DNA of 64,000 nt, taken from Phoronis australis (taxonomy: Eukaryota; Animalia; Phoronida). This document shows positions 1 through 12,984 of the stretch, piece by piece. A model generated the notes under the pieces. It was given only the letters and a program-made list of their open reading frames with translations, had not been told where the DNA came from and did not search any database. Each line of letters begins with the position of its first letter. Positions within the stretch are counted from its first letter, which is position 1. The DNA lies in the NCBI GenBank assembly GCA_002633005.1, contig NMRA01000172.1, positions 424,348-488,347 of the forward strand, in the 5' to 3' direction. The position numbers were made by a program, and so were the translations under genes.

Positions 1-161
1 AGAAAATGATCTGTAAAATTGAATATCTATCTCTCGATACGGTTGCACTCAATTTTGTTACCATGTATAACTTCAAAGTTTTGATTATATCTGTCTGTTC
101 ACCAATATTGCCGCAAGCGCCATTTTGTCACACGTCAGTGGAGACAAAAACATAAGGCTAT

Positions 162-371
162 CTATTGTGAAGTCTTCTTAGTACCCATTTTGACATGTGC
201 ATACCTGTGGCTGGGACTTAACCTTTGGCCCGAGTACCTGCTCGGCACGTTTTGATTTCCCGCTTGTGTCGAACTCCCTTGGCTCTGATAGACACGCGGC
301 CTTTGGGCTTGCTGCATGTTCTGTTGATAAGCAGCTGACCTCATGAGGTCAACAGGGGGCAGGTCATTCGA
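162..371 (-). CDS. KIF12: Kinesin tail exon (SNDLPPVDLMRSAAYQQ...); ends at the stop at 162 or at a CAG|GTATGC donor at 205
   Basis: ttcag acceptor at 373-372, phase 0, matches the preceding exon; Q/S/R-rich tail. Confidence 0.65.
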   Translation of the reverse strand, partial: SNDLPPVDLMRSAAYQQNMQQAQRPRVYQSQGSSTQAGNQNVPSRYSGQRLSPSHRYAHVKMGTKKTSQ

Positions 372-1816
372 CTGAAAGAAGCATCCCTATTAATATGAAT
401 TCATGTGGTTTCTAGGAGGCAGACATAGAACCTATTCACGCGGCGGACATTAAAATCCAAAGCGAGGCTCACTGCGATAAACAAAGCGAAAGCAGACATT
501 GCGTGAGTTAAATAGCCGGTCTTTCGAGTCCAACCTGGATGTTGAATTTTAATGATGTGTCGACAATTAACTACAGAGACGTAGAAAATTACATTAGAGA
601 ACAAGTTAAGGCGCTTAAGAGTTGTCTGACGAAAAGATTTAAATTTTTTCGGAAAACTAGGTTCGAAACATGAAAAGTAAACATGACCAAATTGCGGCGA
701 TCGTAGTGTTACAGATTAGGTATTATGCTGAATGCAGGGTTACGTTTTTTCTCGTAAATTGTTGATCAAAATACTTTCTACGCGGACAGGTCATCTGCTG
801 GTATTGTTGAAGAGTTGAAGACATATTCGACAGTGGTGGATTAGTCACATCTGGTTAAATTTGTTGATCAAGAATATTATATATAGCCTAATCATATGCA
901 CTCACTGGGACTAACAGTTGATTTGTCATTGATCTGAAAGAATAATTGATGTTATTAAATATATTTTTTATTAAAATAAAAAACCAGGATCGTAATTGAA
1001 AATAAAAGTTATTTGACCATCAATTTTGCTTTCTTGGTTGTATGTCAGTGTAAAATTTATAAATGTTTTCGAAAAGTTAGATCATATTTTGTAGCATATC
1101 GGTCAGTTGTCAAGCATCATAGTAACGACCGGAGAATGGGCTAGACAGGTTGTGTTTTCATGACTACGGATTTAGGGGGGCATGGCCCCTCTAAAATTGT
1201 ATCAGATCCCATTTTTGAGTTCGGGTGCGAATTGCTGACTAGCACACGTGCGCAACCAGGGAGTCTTGTGGGGTGAATAAACAACGCACAGGCGCTGAAT
1301 GAACCCCGTTTACCGTTTTTTTTCCAAAAAGGACAGGGTCCTCAATCCCTCAAATTTGGGGCCCAATATCGGCCCTATTCCTCTCACAAAAATATTGAAA
1401 TATCACGCGAAATTCCCCCACGAGGCATAAAAATTACCCTAATAAAAAATCTCTCTGAGGTCACATCACCTGTAACCGCACAGGTGATAATTTTTAAGAG
1501 CACAAAAGGCTACTTTAAATTGAGACAGAGCCTATGAGAGCTTGCAACAGGGCGGGGGTGCTATTGGGAGGTAGATTGTTCCCGCCCTCACTCGGCGAAA
1601 AAATCGCCTCTTAGTAGGTACTGGCACCTTTCCCCTCGGATGAACGAGGCTCCTGCAGAAACATGATAACTATGATTGCATTGTCCATTTAACTGAAATT
1701 GAGTTCTAAAACGAGGTTATGTTTTGGACGAACGAATTAGGTGTTTTAATTTTAAAATTCAACTTGGTCCAGATTGATATATGAAATCTAACACATGAAA
1801 TAGACGTAAGAATTGT

Positions 1817-1900
1817 TACGTCGCGGCGTATGGCAACGACCCAACGCTTCCGAATCTCAACGTCTTTAGAGATTGTAAAGCAGACAGTTGCGTGTCCGTA
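1817..1900 (-). mobile_element. THAP-domain fragment (transposon remnant)
   Basis: Translation FTISKDVEIRKRWVVAIRRD resembles the THAP core FxFPKDxxxRxxWxxAIRRD; the zinc-ligand Cys/His residues are not intact. Confidence 0.5.
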
Positions 1901-2268
1901 TTTTTCTAGCCGTTCGCGGAACAACACGGACTGAAACACAGAACTAAGCCGATAAGCCAACAGAGCTATTGTAGCGAGCCTCGTTTTGGAACGCGCCTCC
2001 TGTCGGCGTGAATAGGGTCTATGGCTAACTGTTTGCACATAACTAAATCAGTTACATGTAGCATCTGTGAAACAACTAAACCTTGTTCTGACGCAGGAAT
2101 ATCATAAGCAGTTTTTTTGTAACGAATTTACTTTTTATACTAAGTTGAATAATCTGTACTAATAAAAAAAGCACATCTGATGTCAACATTGCCGAGATCA
2201 AACAAAAATAAAATACACACAACTGCGCGCGGAGAGAAATGTCACGTGGCAGAGGTTGTTTTACTCAC

Positions 2269-2464
2269 CTGCCGCGCGCTGCGCTGACTGCTAGAACTTC
2301 CGTTAAAATTCTGTTCACTTAGAAAAGAGTTGTAGGACGACTGCAAGACGGGCGTAGAGGATAGGGATAATGTCAGATCAGGCGACGGGTAGTAGTAGTC
2401 AAAGTCGGATCGTCGCCGGTTACCATTCATGAACCCGTATGGCTGGAATCCTGCAGACATAGCC
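2269..2464 (-). CDS. KIF12: Kinesin tail exon (AMSAGFQPYGF...SARQ)
   Basis: ttttag acceptor and GTGAGT donor; phase 2 to 0 fits both neighbours. Confidence 0.8.
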
Positions 2465-3292
2465 CTAAAATTCCAACGATAAAATGACAACATTAACTTA
2501 GCAAATACAAGTGTAAGCCTATGTGTTTTTGTAAATTTCAAATTAAACTCTTTAGAGTATGAGGTGTAAACAATAAGTAAATCCTCGCGTTTTATAACGT
2601 CTCCAACACAAAGTGTGAAAGATTATTTGAATATCCGTACTTCTGAATCATTGCGTAACATTAACCTAAATGGCTCGTTTATGTACACACCTATACAGCA
2701 TATAAATTTCATTACATAACTGAAGTAAATATCAAATATTAAAGAGTATTTGCCTGTTTTGCGCGTTTTCAAGCTCGAATTTTGGTTGGCAATGCCAGTT
2801 ACTCTAGTGCAATTTCACTGACAACAAATTAAGTGGCCGAAAACAGTGGACGATTGGATCAAAAAGTAACAAAGAATTATGGGTGGTGGGTTAGCATATC
2901 TAAAACAGAAATAGTGGCGAGGTGAAAAAAGGGCCTTCTTCCTGCCATACAAATCTTGCTGTGCTTCGGCATGATTAAAGGATTCGGGAAGCTTATATTA
3001 CTGTGTTGGCAACTGTCCAAAATGCTACATTTCAGACATGCGCTGTTCAATTATCATGAATCATGAATTAAGCCAATCATGAAACGAACCAGTCACCTCC
3101 AATGATTTTTTTTCATCAATACATGCGCAGCACTTTCAGCGTTATCTTTTTACTATGTTCAGCATGCTTAGTCCACAGTGCCATAGCATACCGCAGGCTT
3201 CTGGCGCCATGTTTAACCTAGAAATTGCCATGGTAGCCGCAGAGCGTGATCAAGAACAGCAATTCTTTATCACTGGATTGCTATTAGCCCAC

Positions 3293-3400
3293 CTTTCCAA
3301 GTCGTCCAATTTTCTCAGCAGACGATCGTTTTCTCTCGAAAGGGTCTGGTGCTCTCGTTTGAATTCGTCTTTAAACTTCGTGAGGTCGGAATTTTCAGAT
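3293..3400 (-). CDS. KIF12: Kinesin coiled-coil exon (SENSDLTKFKDEFKREHQTLSRENDRLLRKLDDLER)
   Basis: AG/GT boundaries, phase 2-2, heptad-like sequence. Confidence 0.88.
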
Positions 3401-4398
3401 CTGTGCAGAGCAAATGGAACACCAAAGCATTAGAGGAATATTTAACAAAAACATACCCTCCATGTTTTGAACAATTCACTCGTCTTTAGAATGCTAACGT
3501 GGACCACAGTGAAACTCATTAGAGCTCTTAACGTATCGCAAGACAGCTATAAGGAACTTGCAGAAAGCAACCTTGGATTATAAAACGAAAATAACGAGTC
3601 TACTTCCACTTCACTTTCCATAATTCAACATTCCAGTCTCGCCAACCAATCAGTATGTGGCGGCCATTTTTCTAGAAAAGTTGCAGGCTCACTCGCGAAA
3701 CATTTGGGTTTCATTCGTTTGTGACGGTGTGACCTCAAACTTTTAAGAAAACTCGCCTTAGAGAATGCACCCCGGGGTTTGGGGCTATAGTTCTGTACGA
3801 GAAACTCGACTCGAAAATGACTTATCCGGTGTCACGCTTCGAGTAAAGTAATAAATTAGTACTCGAATCCTGCCACATGCATGATTGGTTAAAGGGGCAT
3901 CTCGCCGATGTCTAGCTGTGCATGCTGAATGCGCTTTGGGGTTCAAGAATATCACCACATACATCTGATATTGAATTGCCACCCTATAAGCCGGCAACTC
4001 AAGTTACAGGGAACTAGACTTTTTGCCACGTAAACAACACAAAATGCAGAGTTAAGTGTCCAAGCCCGAGACAAGTCTGAGTTTGGAGATTAGATCATGG
4101 GGTTGTATTTCTATGAGTTTTTATTCACACATAGAAGTTTGAGGGTGTTAGTAACGACCCCTGATAGAACTTGTAGAAATCGAATAAAGCGCTTCCGGTA
4201 TAGTCATTTCAACGTGTTCTCTGGCGCTTCTTAACAGTGGGCATAAAGAAACTTACGTGTAGATATTTTACTTTTGCCAATACTTTTTACCGCAAGAGCC
4301 ACACATGTCTAAGGCTTCAATCATCTGCTCCAGGGGATCAACAGGCACAGCGCAGCTGCAAGTAGTCAGCGTCTGAGATAAAGACGTTAAACGCCTAC

Positions 4399-4552
4399 CT
4401 GAGCGTTTCGTTTTCTATCATGTACTCTTGTAGCATCTCATACAAGCCACTGTCGGCTGCTGACTTCATGCTAGCTAGCGTGTCCTGTCGCTGGACCAGG
4501 TTTGAATTCTTGTCCATCGATTCGCCATTTTTCTCCAAGGCAAGAAATGGAT
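4399..4552 (-). CDS. KIF12: Kinesin stalk exon (DPFLALEK...DSGLYEMLQEYMIENETLR)
   Basis: AG/GT boundaries, phase 1 to 2; KIF12-type LYxMLQE(Y/F)MxENExLR motif. Confidence 0.9.
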
Positions 4553-5150
4553 CTGCAATCGAAAACACTGGGCTTGATCAGGTTGGACGTATTCAGTGCA
4601 ACTACAAAGGTTTAGGAGGATTTTAGGTTCGAAGTTATTTAGACCCACCTCACTATACAAACCTGAATCTTTCAAAATTAGTTTCATTGTCGATAATTCG
4701 GCCAAACAAAATGACATTCGAAAGCTAAATTACAATAAAACTAAACCTGCATTCATCGTGTTTCTACTGATTCTACCAAATAGTGCTGTGGCGTCTCTAA
4801 AGGACCATACGTGATCTAAAGTTAACCTAGAGCACCTAATGACACAAATTGGACACCAAGTGGCTTTTCCAACGACCAGGAGGGCGTATTTTGTACTACT
4901 AGTCACTCGCGACACACTTGGTGCGATAAATCTTGGCTTACGCAACAAACATAATATATTTTCCTAGGCCATTTTGCAAGGGAATGGTAGTAAGGTCACG
5001 TCTACGCGTAGAATTTTGGCTTGCTTTTCACCACGGTGATCACGCTAAACTCGCAAGAAAAAAGCCTTATCGAACGCGAGTTCAAACTCCATAACAAAAG
5101 AAAACACGTAAGATTAACCGACGGAATTCAGTGACTGAAAATCGTTTCAC

Positions 5151-5433
5151 CTTTTACTGTCTCTTCGGCAATTTGTTTCGACACCTGTCTTAGTTCGTTG
5201 TCGTCATCCAACGTGTGTTTACCCTGAGCTTTGGACGGGAAGTGAAGTTGTTCTCTCAAGTACTGGTTCTCAGTGCGCAGCAGTTTCAGCTCTCGCTTCA
5301 GGCTAAGTATGAGTTTCTCCCTGGGGTCCATCATAACCACTGGCTTGTTCTTTATTTTCTTGGCTCTGTTGGCATAGCGCAGCGTGTTTATAGTTTCGGG
5401 TCCATTGGACGAGGCTGGTGAAACGCAGGCAAT
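5151..5433 (-). CDS. KIF12: Kinesin motor C-terminus and neck (IACVSPASSNGPETINTLRYANRAKKIKNKP...)
   Basis: Canonical ETxxTLRYAxRAKxIKN motif; ccag acceptor and AG|GTGAAA donor. Confidence 0.95.
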
Positions 5434-5709
5434 CTGGAATAATAATGTTATTTTCAAGGTACATTTGCGATGTTTTGCCTGAAACAAGTCATAGCAAGCG
5501 TCATTTCCCTTTTCTCGTGGAATGCTTAGACTTGACTGTGCCGTCTGAACCTGTTAACTGGTAGCATCTCCTTATCAGATCGTCTTTGAAACATTTACAG
5601 AGAAAGTATTCAGTCTTGTCTAAATCAAAATGTTAGAGTTTTGGTTTGTCTACAAAGTTAGCCACTCAAATGGGCAGCATAAGTTCACAGACTGGTTACC
5701 AGCTCATAC

Positions 5710-5828
5710 CATCAGTGTAACACCGTTCCCTCCTAAGCTGTCCGCGAGAAGTTTCGTTAGTTTGCTGTCACGGTAGGGTATGTGTCCGTTTCTCTTCTTC
5801 GCGTCTCCCAGGGAAGAAATACAATTAC
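5710..5828 (-). CDS. KIF12: Kinesin motor exon ([40 protein letters not shown])
   Basis: Microtubule-binding L12/alpha5 motif; consensus splice sites. Confidence 0.95.
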
Positions 5829-7519
5829 CTAAAGAAAATATCTCGTGATAAGACTTGATTATGCGAACACGTATACACTGTATGCAAACTAAGCACAGCG
5901 CGAAACGCTTGTAGTCACGTATCGCGATTTTTCAAACAGCATAGGAATACCTGCCGAAGTATCAAACAGTTGAAAAACACAGTTACTAGAGTTATCAAAA
6001 AACAAAACAACTCTTGTTACCGCGTGTTGGTTTTAACCGTATTCATAAGCATAGAAAGGTACGTATTAGTGGGGGCGAAACAAATGTGACTGCAACACCG
6101 TCTTCTGGTCGATTCTAAATGTAGTTTTGCCTCCGCCAGTCCAAGTTTCGCCTCGACTTCTACGTCAGGTTTATTCCCCTCCATCCCCAGTCGACCTGCG
6201 TTTTACTTCCACCTGCCGATCACGATTTATGAGTTAAATTTACACTCCAAAAAACCGCGTATTAAAAGATTTCTGAAATTTTTGTTTACGATTGCCACTA
6301 CGTGCACTTTGAGCAAATAAATTACACATGAATACAGTATACACTATCTACAGTCTGGTCGAATTAAAGCGAATAGCGTACGAACCATTCCGTTTCAACA
6401 ATAACGACATGCTAATGGACTGTCAACCAAAAGTTTATTAAAAGCTCTAGACATTTAAGTTAGCTAGATTATGCAGGACCTTAGAAAAGTGTCCGAATTT
6501 GACCAACTTCGAAACACCATATCTCAGGAATGTTGGTCGGACTCATATCAAACTTTCACTTATACAATGCCTAATACACTGTCCTCCAAAAACTTTTGAA
6601 AACTGTTTATGAGTTAATCCACTTTTGCATGATGGGCTATCAAAAATGGGACTTCATCATTTTTCTGAAAAAGATTCAAAAGCTTCAAAAACGACAACGG
6701 AATGATTTTTTAAGAAAACTATACAAGCGTTTTTGAAATTTTATCTTGAAAATTCGTATGAAATGAAATTTGGTCATGTTATTGATACTGCTGTTTCACT
6801 ACTACCTTTCTTTTTGGTTAAATTTAACTAAAAATAAATGGTGACATAACCCAAATTCTGCCACATTAAGAAAAAGTAAAAAAATGCATTTTTCCAGACT
6901 ATAGCTTTGTACACATTTGGTTAAATACGGTCTAATCGACAAGTTAATCATATAATAATATGAGCACAGAGACAAAGTTACTGAACTTAATCATGCAAGA
7001 GAAGACTGAAAATATCTGATGATCAAAATCTTAATTGATCATCAAAAATATTCTTAATTGTTATACAACTATCAAGAATATTGCCTCGTGTAATTCACAA
7101 GTACTGGTATTCAAGTTCTTCTATCTTTTGACTGCAGTCAATGTTACTTTTGTTTTTTAAATACCAACCTGGAATCTTCGCGGTCGCGGTGAAACGCTCT
7201 GCTGGAGGAACAAAATCCCACTCGATAGATGGCGGAATACTAAGAGCGTACTTAACTGGTAAAGCCACCTAACTCGTTTTCAGCGCATGTCCGGCAGACG
7301 ACGGCGACAATTCAAAATTGGAAATAAAATCACAAAAACACAACGAATTTTTCCTTTTATCTGTAGCTTTGGTCAACGCTAATAATTTTTATGCCATCCA
7401 AAAATAATTCCTACATTCCGTTTTTCGGCCGTAAAACCGACACGAACCTTTTTAAAACCTGGTGACATACTGTACATGTGGAAAATTAAGAAATACGTGA
7501 TGATTTGTTGTGACGTTAC

Positions 7520-7603
7520 CTAGCACCAGTAAACTGCGGTTAATGTTATTCGTCTCGATGAGCTGTTCGCCTGACGATTGCGAGTCCTTGACCTTTTCAC
7601 TAC
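7520..7603 (-). CDS. KIF12: Kinesin motor exon (GSEKVKDSQSSGEQLIETNNINRSLLVLG)
   Basis: Switch II and alpha4 motif; phase 1-1. Confidence 0.95.
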   Translation of the reverse strand, partial: VVKRSRTRNRQANSSSRRITLTAVYWC

Positions 7604-7999
7604 CTGTGAATGAAACGGAATGCTTTAGATAGTGGAAGGAAACTTAAGTTCTACTTTTATAAAACAATTGAAACAAGTAAAAAGACCGCAATATGGCAGT
7701 AGCCTGAGATTTGGAGCCAGATATTTCAAAACACGACACAGGAAGTCTTTGTGAAATTTATACAGCAAAAAGTGTTCGTGTCATGTCCCCATAAAATTAA
7801 TGTGGCAGGGAAATCGCTCACAGGGACATTTTTTGGTTTTAGAGCTTGGGCTCTGCAAATTTCATATCGATGATACTAGGCAAAATTCCTCACCAATTAG
7901 GTGGGGACCCGGATCCTCTATCAAAATATATCATATTCTAAAAGTAGAGCATTATTGACTTTTTATAGTTTACTACCGTGTTTCCACATGTCAACGTAC

Positions 8000-8158
8000 C
8001 AGCTAAATCTACAAATGACAGCTTTCCGTGTTTCGTAATGTACACATTGTCATCATCCGGGTCCTGCATCTCGCTCTCAATCATGAGGGATAGCATGCTG
8101 TGGCTCCTACTTGAAAATTCATTCAGATTGTGAGATCCAGTCTGGCGATTTTTCAGAC
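8000..8158 (-). CDS. KIF12: Kinesin motor exon (GLKNRQTGSHNLNEFSSRSHSML...GKLSFVDLA)
   Basis: Switch I SSRSH and FVDLAG; phase 1-1. Confidence 0.95.
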
Positions 8159-9672
8159 CTGAAATGATGATTGTGAATTATGGGACTATTGGATGCTTTT
8201 ATATTAACAAAAGTGTAACACTCATTCAATTCAGTTATAAAAATAGTCAGTATCAGAGTGATGTGAAGCTTGAATAGTTCTTGAAAAATGGAAATACCAT
8301 GGGCCCGTATCATGAAAAACGAAGATTTAATGCTAAACAGTTGTCTACATTAAGACCGAAATTCGGGCTGAGTTAAGATGGAAGACAAAAAATCAGTAAA
8401 GACCGCTTCAAGAACGCAAAGTGGGTTTTCTGTCTTTTGATCATAATACCAATGTTGATGTTCAAAAGGTACAGCCATAGCAAAATAATCCAAAGATTGG
8501 ACTTTGGACAGGAAATGCTATGTTGTCTCTTCAAAACTCTGAAACGATTTTGTTGTATTTGCGACGAAATTGATTTACAAATGTTATAGTAAGATATTTT
8601 TGAACAAATAATAAACTTGTAATCCAAATAAATGACTTGCACGGTTTTGGTGATACAACAGAAAATTTTTATTTAAATATATTTCATTAGGGTCTGCCTG
8701 GAGGTTGAACTTTTGCTGTATTTGGATCTTTAAAAGTCTAACATCTGACTAAAACAACAATAACCAGACAGATCCCAACATGAAATGGACTGCAGTGGCT
8801 TCATGTCTTCCGACTAATGTTAAAGATTCCTTTAACCCGTGCAGTATTTTGACACTTTTCTGCCTAATACTGCACTTGTGTAAGAGTAAAACATTGGATC
8901 TGTTTGTAAAGTGGTTTTGAAATATGAACTTTTCAATAGCTGCGCTGGTTGTGTATTGAAAGTTTTTGTTGTTCTAATATTTTGCGTAACAGTTGAGCGA
9001 GCAGTATTTGCTATCACTTGAATTGATTTACTTGTAATGACCTGAACTTTAGTCTTAGTATGATATGTAAAGGGTCAGTTTACAAAATGTTCTACACTAT
9101 GTTCTATGTAAAAGCTAACATCCTGAGTACAGTACTGTTTATAAGTTGTTCATCGTATCGATTATAGCATAGCTAATGAAACTGTTATTGATCGCATAAC
9201 CCCATACATACTCTAAGTAAACTAACTCAGCAAAAAATCCCAGGTTCATTTTTTCGCAAGCCGATGCGTCTGTATGAAGCACCGGTGACTGAACGGGTGG
9301 AATTTCAAATGTAACGTTCCGTATTTGGCATTCTATCACCTTCTCCCGGCTATCTTTTCTCTTGGCGAGTTAGAACCGCCTCCTAGCATCGAATGCCATG
9401 CGCACAACTTATCACACATCAAAATAAATGCGTCGAACGTTCAGTTGTAAATGGCTAAACAAATAAATGTTTGTTTTTCTTTCCGACTGATCGGCAGGTA
9501 ACGTTGCCTTTTAAAACCTGGATTTACGTTCCAGTATTTACTCAACGTTACAATGAATATGGACTACTTGGACAATGCACATAGAGTAGGTCGTGCTTGG
9601 CAGAGTAGTGACGCTTTTAATGTGAAGTTGTGAATTATAACACTATGATGCCTGGCTGGTATAAAAATAGTT

Positions 9673-9731
9673 CATACATACATACATACATACATACATA
9701 CATACATACATACATACATGCATGCATACAT
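9673..9731. repeat. (CATA)n microsatellite
   Basis: Directly visible. Confidence 0.95.
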
Positions 9732-10539
9732 CTACATATATATTGCAGACACTAGAACGGATGGACTGTATAAAGCAGACGTTCCTTTTTTGAACTAGCA
9801 GCTTCGATCAACAATAATAATCTATGTTGTCGATCTCGAACAGAATGTTTATCACTTTTTAAAAAACGTTGATGCAAACAACACCCAGAATATAATTTTT
9901 AACCAAATTTTAGGTGACATTGATATTTCGATTCCCCAAATAATTCGTGCTTGTCCCATTCAATGTGACCAACACCTGCATGTCCAGTTGACCAACATCT
10001 GCATGTCCAGTTGACCACGAACAACAAGTTGGTTGTACCAATCATGTATCACATACTCGCTGTTTGAGTAGGCTGCCGAGAAATAGCTGCGTAGTTAATT
10101 ATGCTTAATCCATCAAGTCATTAGCTAGAATAAATTGAAAATAAATCTAGGATTAATAACTATTATCTGAGTACTTTTCAACCTCACAGAATTTATCAAC
10201 TCAAATGCCACATTTTTATAGATAGCGATGTTGACTTGAAGAACACCGTTGCCTTCCATGCAACCATCACATCAGCATTGAGTTAAGACAGGTTTAAAAT
10301 CATTTTTGCTTGTTTTTGCACGATACGTATTAGAAATATCGCGTCATCATCTTTAAAGAACATTGGTTCAGCAATTTCCTGTCCAGAGCACATCACGAAA
10401 CATTACCCAAAACACAGCTTCGTAACTGTAATGGAATTCCATTCACCTATTTTAATAGTATATATTCGGGCTCGTCTGAATAAATCTAGACCTGCAATAC
10501 TTATGTTAGCACACAAGGCGAATTGAAACAAAAAATTAC

Positions 10540-11833
10540 CTTCTTCATTTTTGGATTTCGGTAATCCCAGCATTACCCCATCAATGTCAATCTTTAGGGG
10601 TCCAATAACGCGCTCATCGTCAGTTTTTAAATACATTACATATTGCTCGTCTTCAACTACATGCATCCGTAGATCGTCAAAATCACTCGGATACTTGTTC
10701 GAATTACTGCCAGCGAAATTGGCCTCACCAGTTATTTTTCCATCTTTTGTGTAATTGTCAAATACATGAGAGTGACCGTACGCATTCCGTCCAGCGGGAT
10801 CTCCGCTGGATTTAGCATTAAAATACTGGTCGCTCACTCCCAGACCGTATCGCCCTTTGAAATCGTTAGGGGTTGAATCCGCCATTGTGATTCCATCGTA
10901 GTTAATTGGCTCTTTTCCAACCTTAGCTTTTGCGAAATCTTTAAGTCGAGCATCCGGTTGGCGCACGTAATTTTGAAAGTCCCGATCTCGTCTGTGCAAG
11001 CCCCGACCATTCATATTTGAAGAACTGCTTTTTATAACTCCAAGCTGAACGCTATTTTTCACTCCTCCATAATCGCCAGCCCTCCAATTCTTGTTTTCAC
11101 ACGAGTTATTCGTTTCTGACACTAAACGTGTGCTGTTGTTATCGCACTCATAACTTCTCTCGGACGTGGACCTTGCTTGGTAGTCCTTTGGATTATGCTT
11201 GCTGAACGTTGTTGTACTGGTCGAATTCAGTTCTTTACTTGTGTAGTCAAGTCTACGATTTAGCGATTGGTGCTCATTAACAGCAAACTTAACTGAGCGC
11301 GATGAAAGGCCTTTGTTGGCATACTCCAATGGTCCTGCAACTACCTGCTTGTTGACACAGCCATTTAAAAACCTATACAAGTTCGATTTTAGATTAGTCT
11401 CCCCTGACAAATTCTCAGATACCACTCGCAAAGGATCAGCGGAAGTCTCGGATGATTGTGTGGATTGCGTGTACCCAGAATAAGCCAGTTGGCGATTTGA
11501 ATCAGAGACTTGCGACTGGTTACTAAATGTTTGGTGAATTTGAACTGTATTCTGGGCTTCATATCCATAACTGGTCGTAGTCGTATCAAGCTCAGCTGTC
11601 GAATTTGCGAAGTTTCCACCAGTCGTAACAAGATCGGGGGAAAATAAATAAAATTGTTGATCGAACAAAATTCTTGTTGGAGAGCTCACACTGCGTTCCA
11701 CGGTGATTGATTTCGTTGGAAAAGGGACGTCCTCTCTGAGTTTCGGTGTGTATACGTCCGAGCGCCAAGACACCGCCTTGCGTTTTACGTCTCCTCTCGG
11801 CGGTTTACAGCGTGTAATCAATGACGGATACAT
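10540..11833 (-). CDS. Putative large alternative first exon (431 codons from ATG 11833) inside a kinesin intron
   Basis: Long stop-free frame in an AT-rich intron; ends GAAGAAG|GTAATT in phase 1, compatible with the acceptor at 8158. Confidence 0.65.
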
Positions 11834-12596
11834 GACAAACCATCGACGAACACGTCCAAAAGAAAGCACATCAAACTTTGTCTATTCGACAAGTGCTTTC
11901 ACACGTTTGTGGATTTTGCTGCGATAAAAATTTTATCCGTGACTGCGAACATAATAGAGACGTTGCCAGATAAATCTCAAAGCTGCCTAACATCCTTTAA
12001 CAAGATGGATCCCCGATAACCGCTCAGGACTTTTAATAATGATGTCTGATATTAAGATGTACATTCGTCTTCTTTATAATCAACTTGATCCGCTCGTCTC
12101 TACCGACAGTGACGCGACAGCCTCTTCAAATTTACTCACTTTCCCATGGTACAATTGGCTAACAGAAGCGGTCTTTGTTTTTTTTCTTAAACAGTCCTCG
12201 CTGAAGCTAAGCACTTGATATGAACAAACACACTGGTTAAACATCCTTCTTAACACATAAAACCCTTTCGTCTTCGATGACTTTGTGTTCACGGACAATT
12301 CGGATGTTTAGTGTTGACGTATCTGCCACTGTTATGACGCGATTTGGACCCAAAAACAAGAATATAAATCTCTAATCACAAGTTTTCCAAAATTTTGCAG
12401 GTCTTGGGTTTTCCGTCTCAGATAACCACGGGGACAATTTAGGACTCTGATCTTTTCCAAAATTATGTTGCACCCATTGTATGCTCCCAAGGAGTTGAGA
12501 AGGATTAAGATTGACCGAGTCCATGGCCAGCTCATAACTTTCGAAGTGCTTAATTATGTACAGTGCTGCATAAATCCATATTGTTTTTGATTTTGT

Positions 12597-12786
12597 CACC
12601 ATCATCACCACCGCCACCACCACCACCACCACCACCAACATCACCATCATCCTCACCACCACCACCATCATCACCAACATCACCATCATCCTCACCACCA
12701 CCACCACCATCATCACCACCATAACCATCATCGCCAACACCAGTACCACCAAAACCATCATCTCCGTCGTCGTCGTCGTCATCATT
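12597..12786. repeat. (CAC/CAT)n trinucleotide repeat
   Basis: Directly visible. Confidence 0.95.
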
Positions 12787-12984
12787 AATGTTGTTGCTTT
12801 TGATATCATTCTTACTTCGGTTTTCTTAGGTATGAATATTTATTTTCCTAATAGGTGTTTGTGCATATAAAATCAATTAGCCTTTCGATTATGATCATCT
12901 TTTTCACAATTTGTATGGTAACTATTAACGAACCATCATTAACAAGCTTATATTGGTACCAGAAATTGATTTCGAACAACTTAC

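Noticed and set aside
12372-12809. 145-aa Met/Val-rich ORF
   Set aside because: Translation of the (CAC/CAT)n microsatellite.
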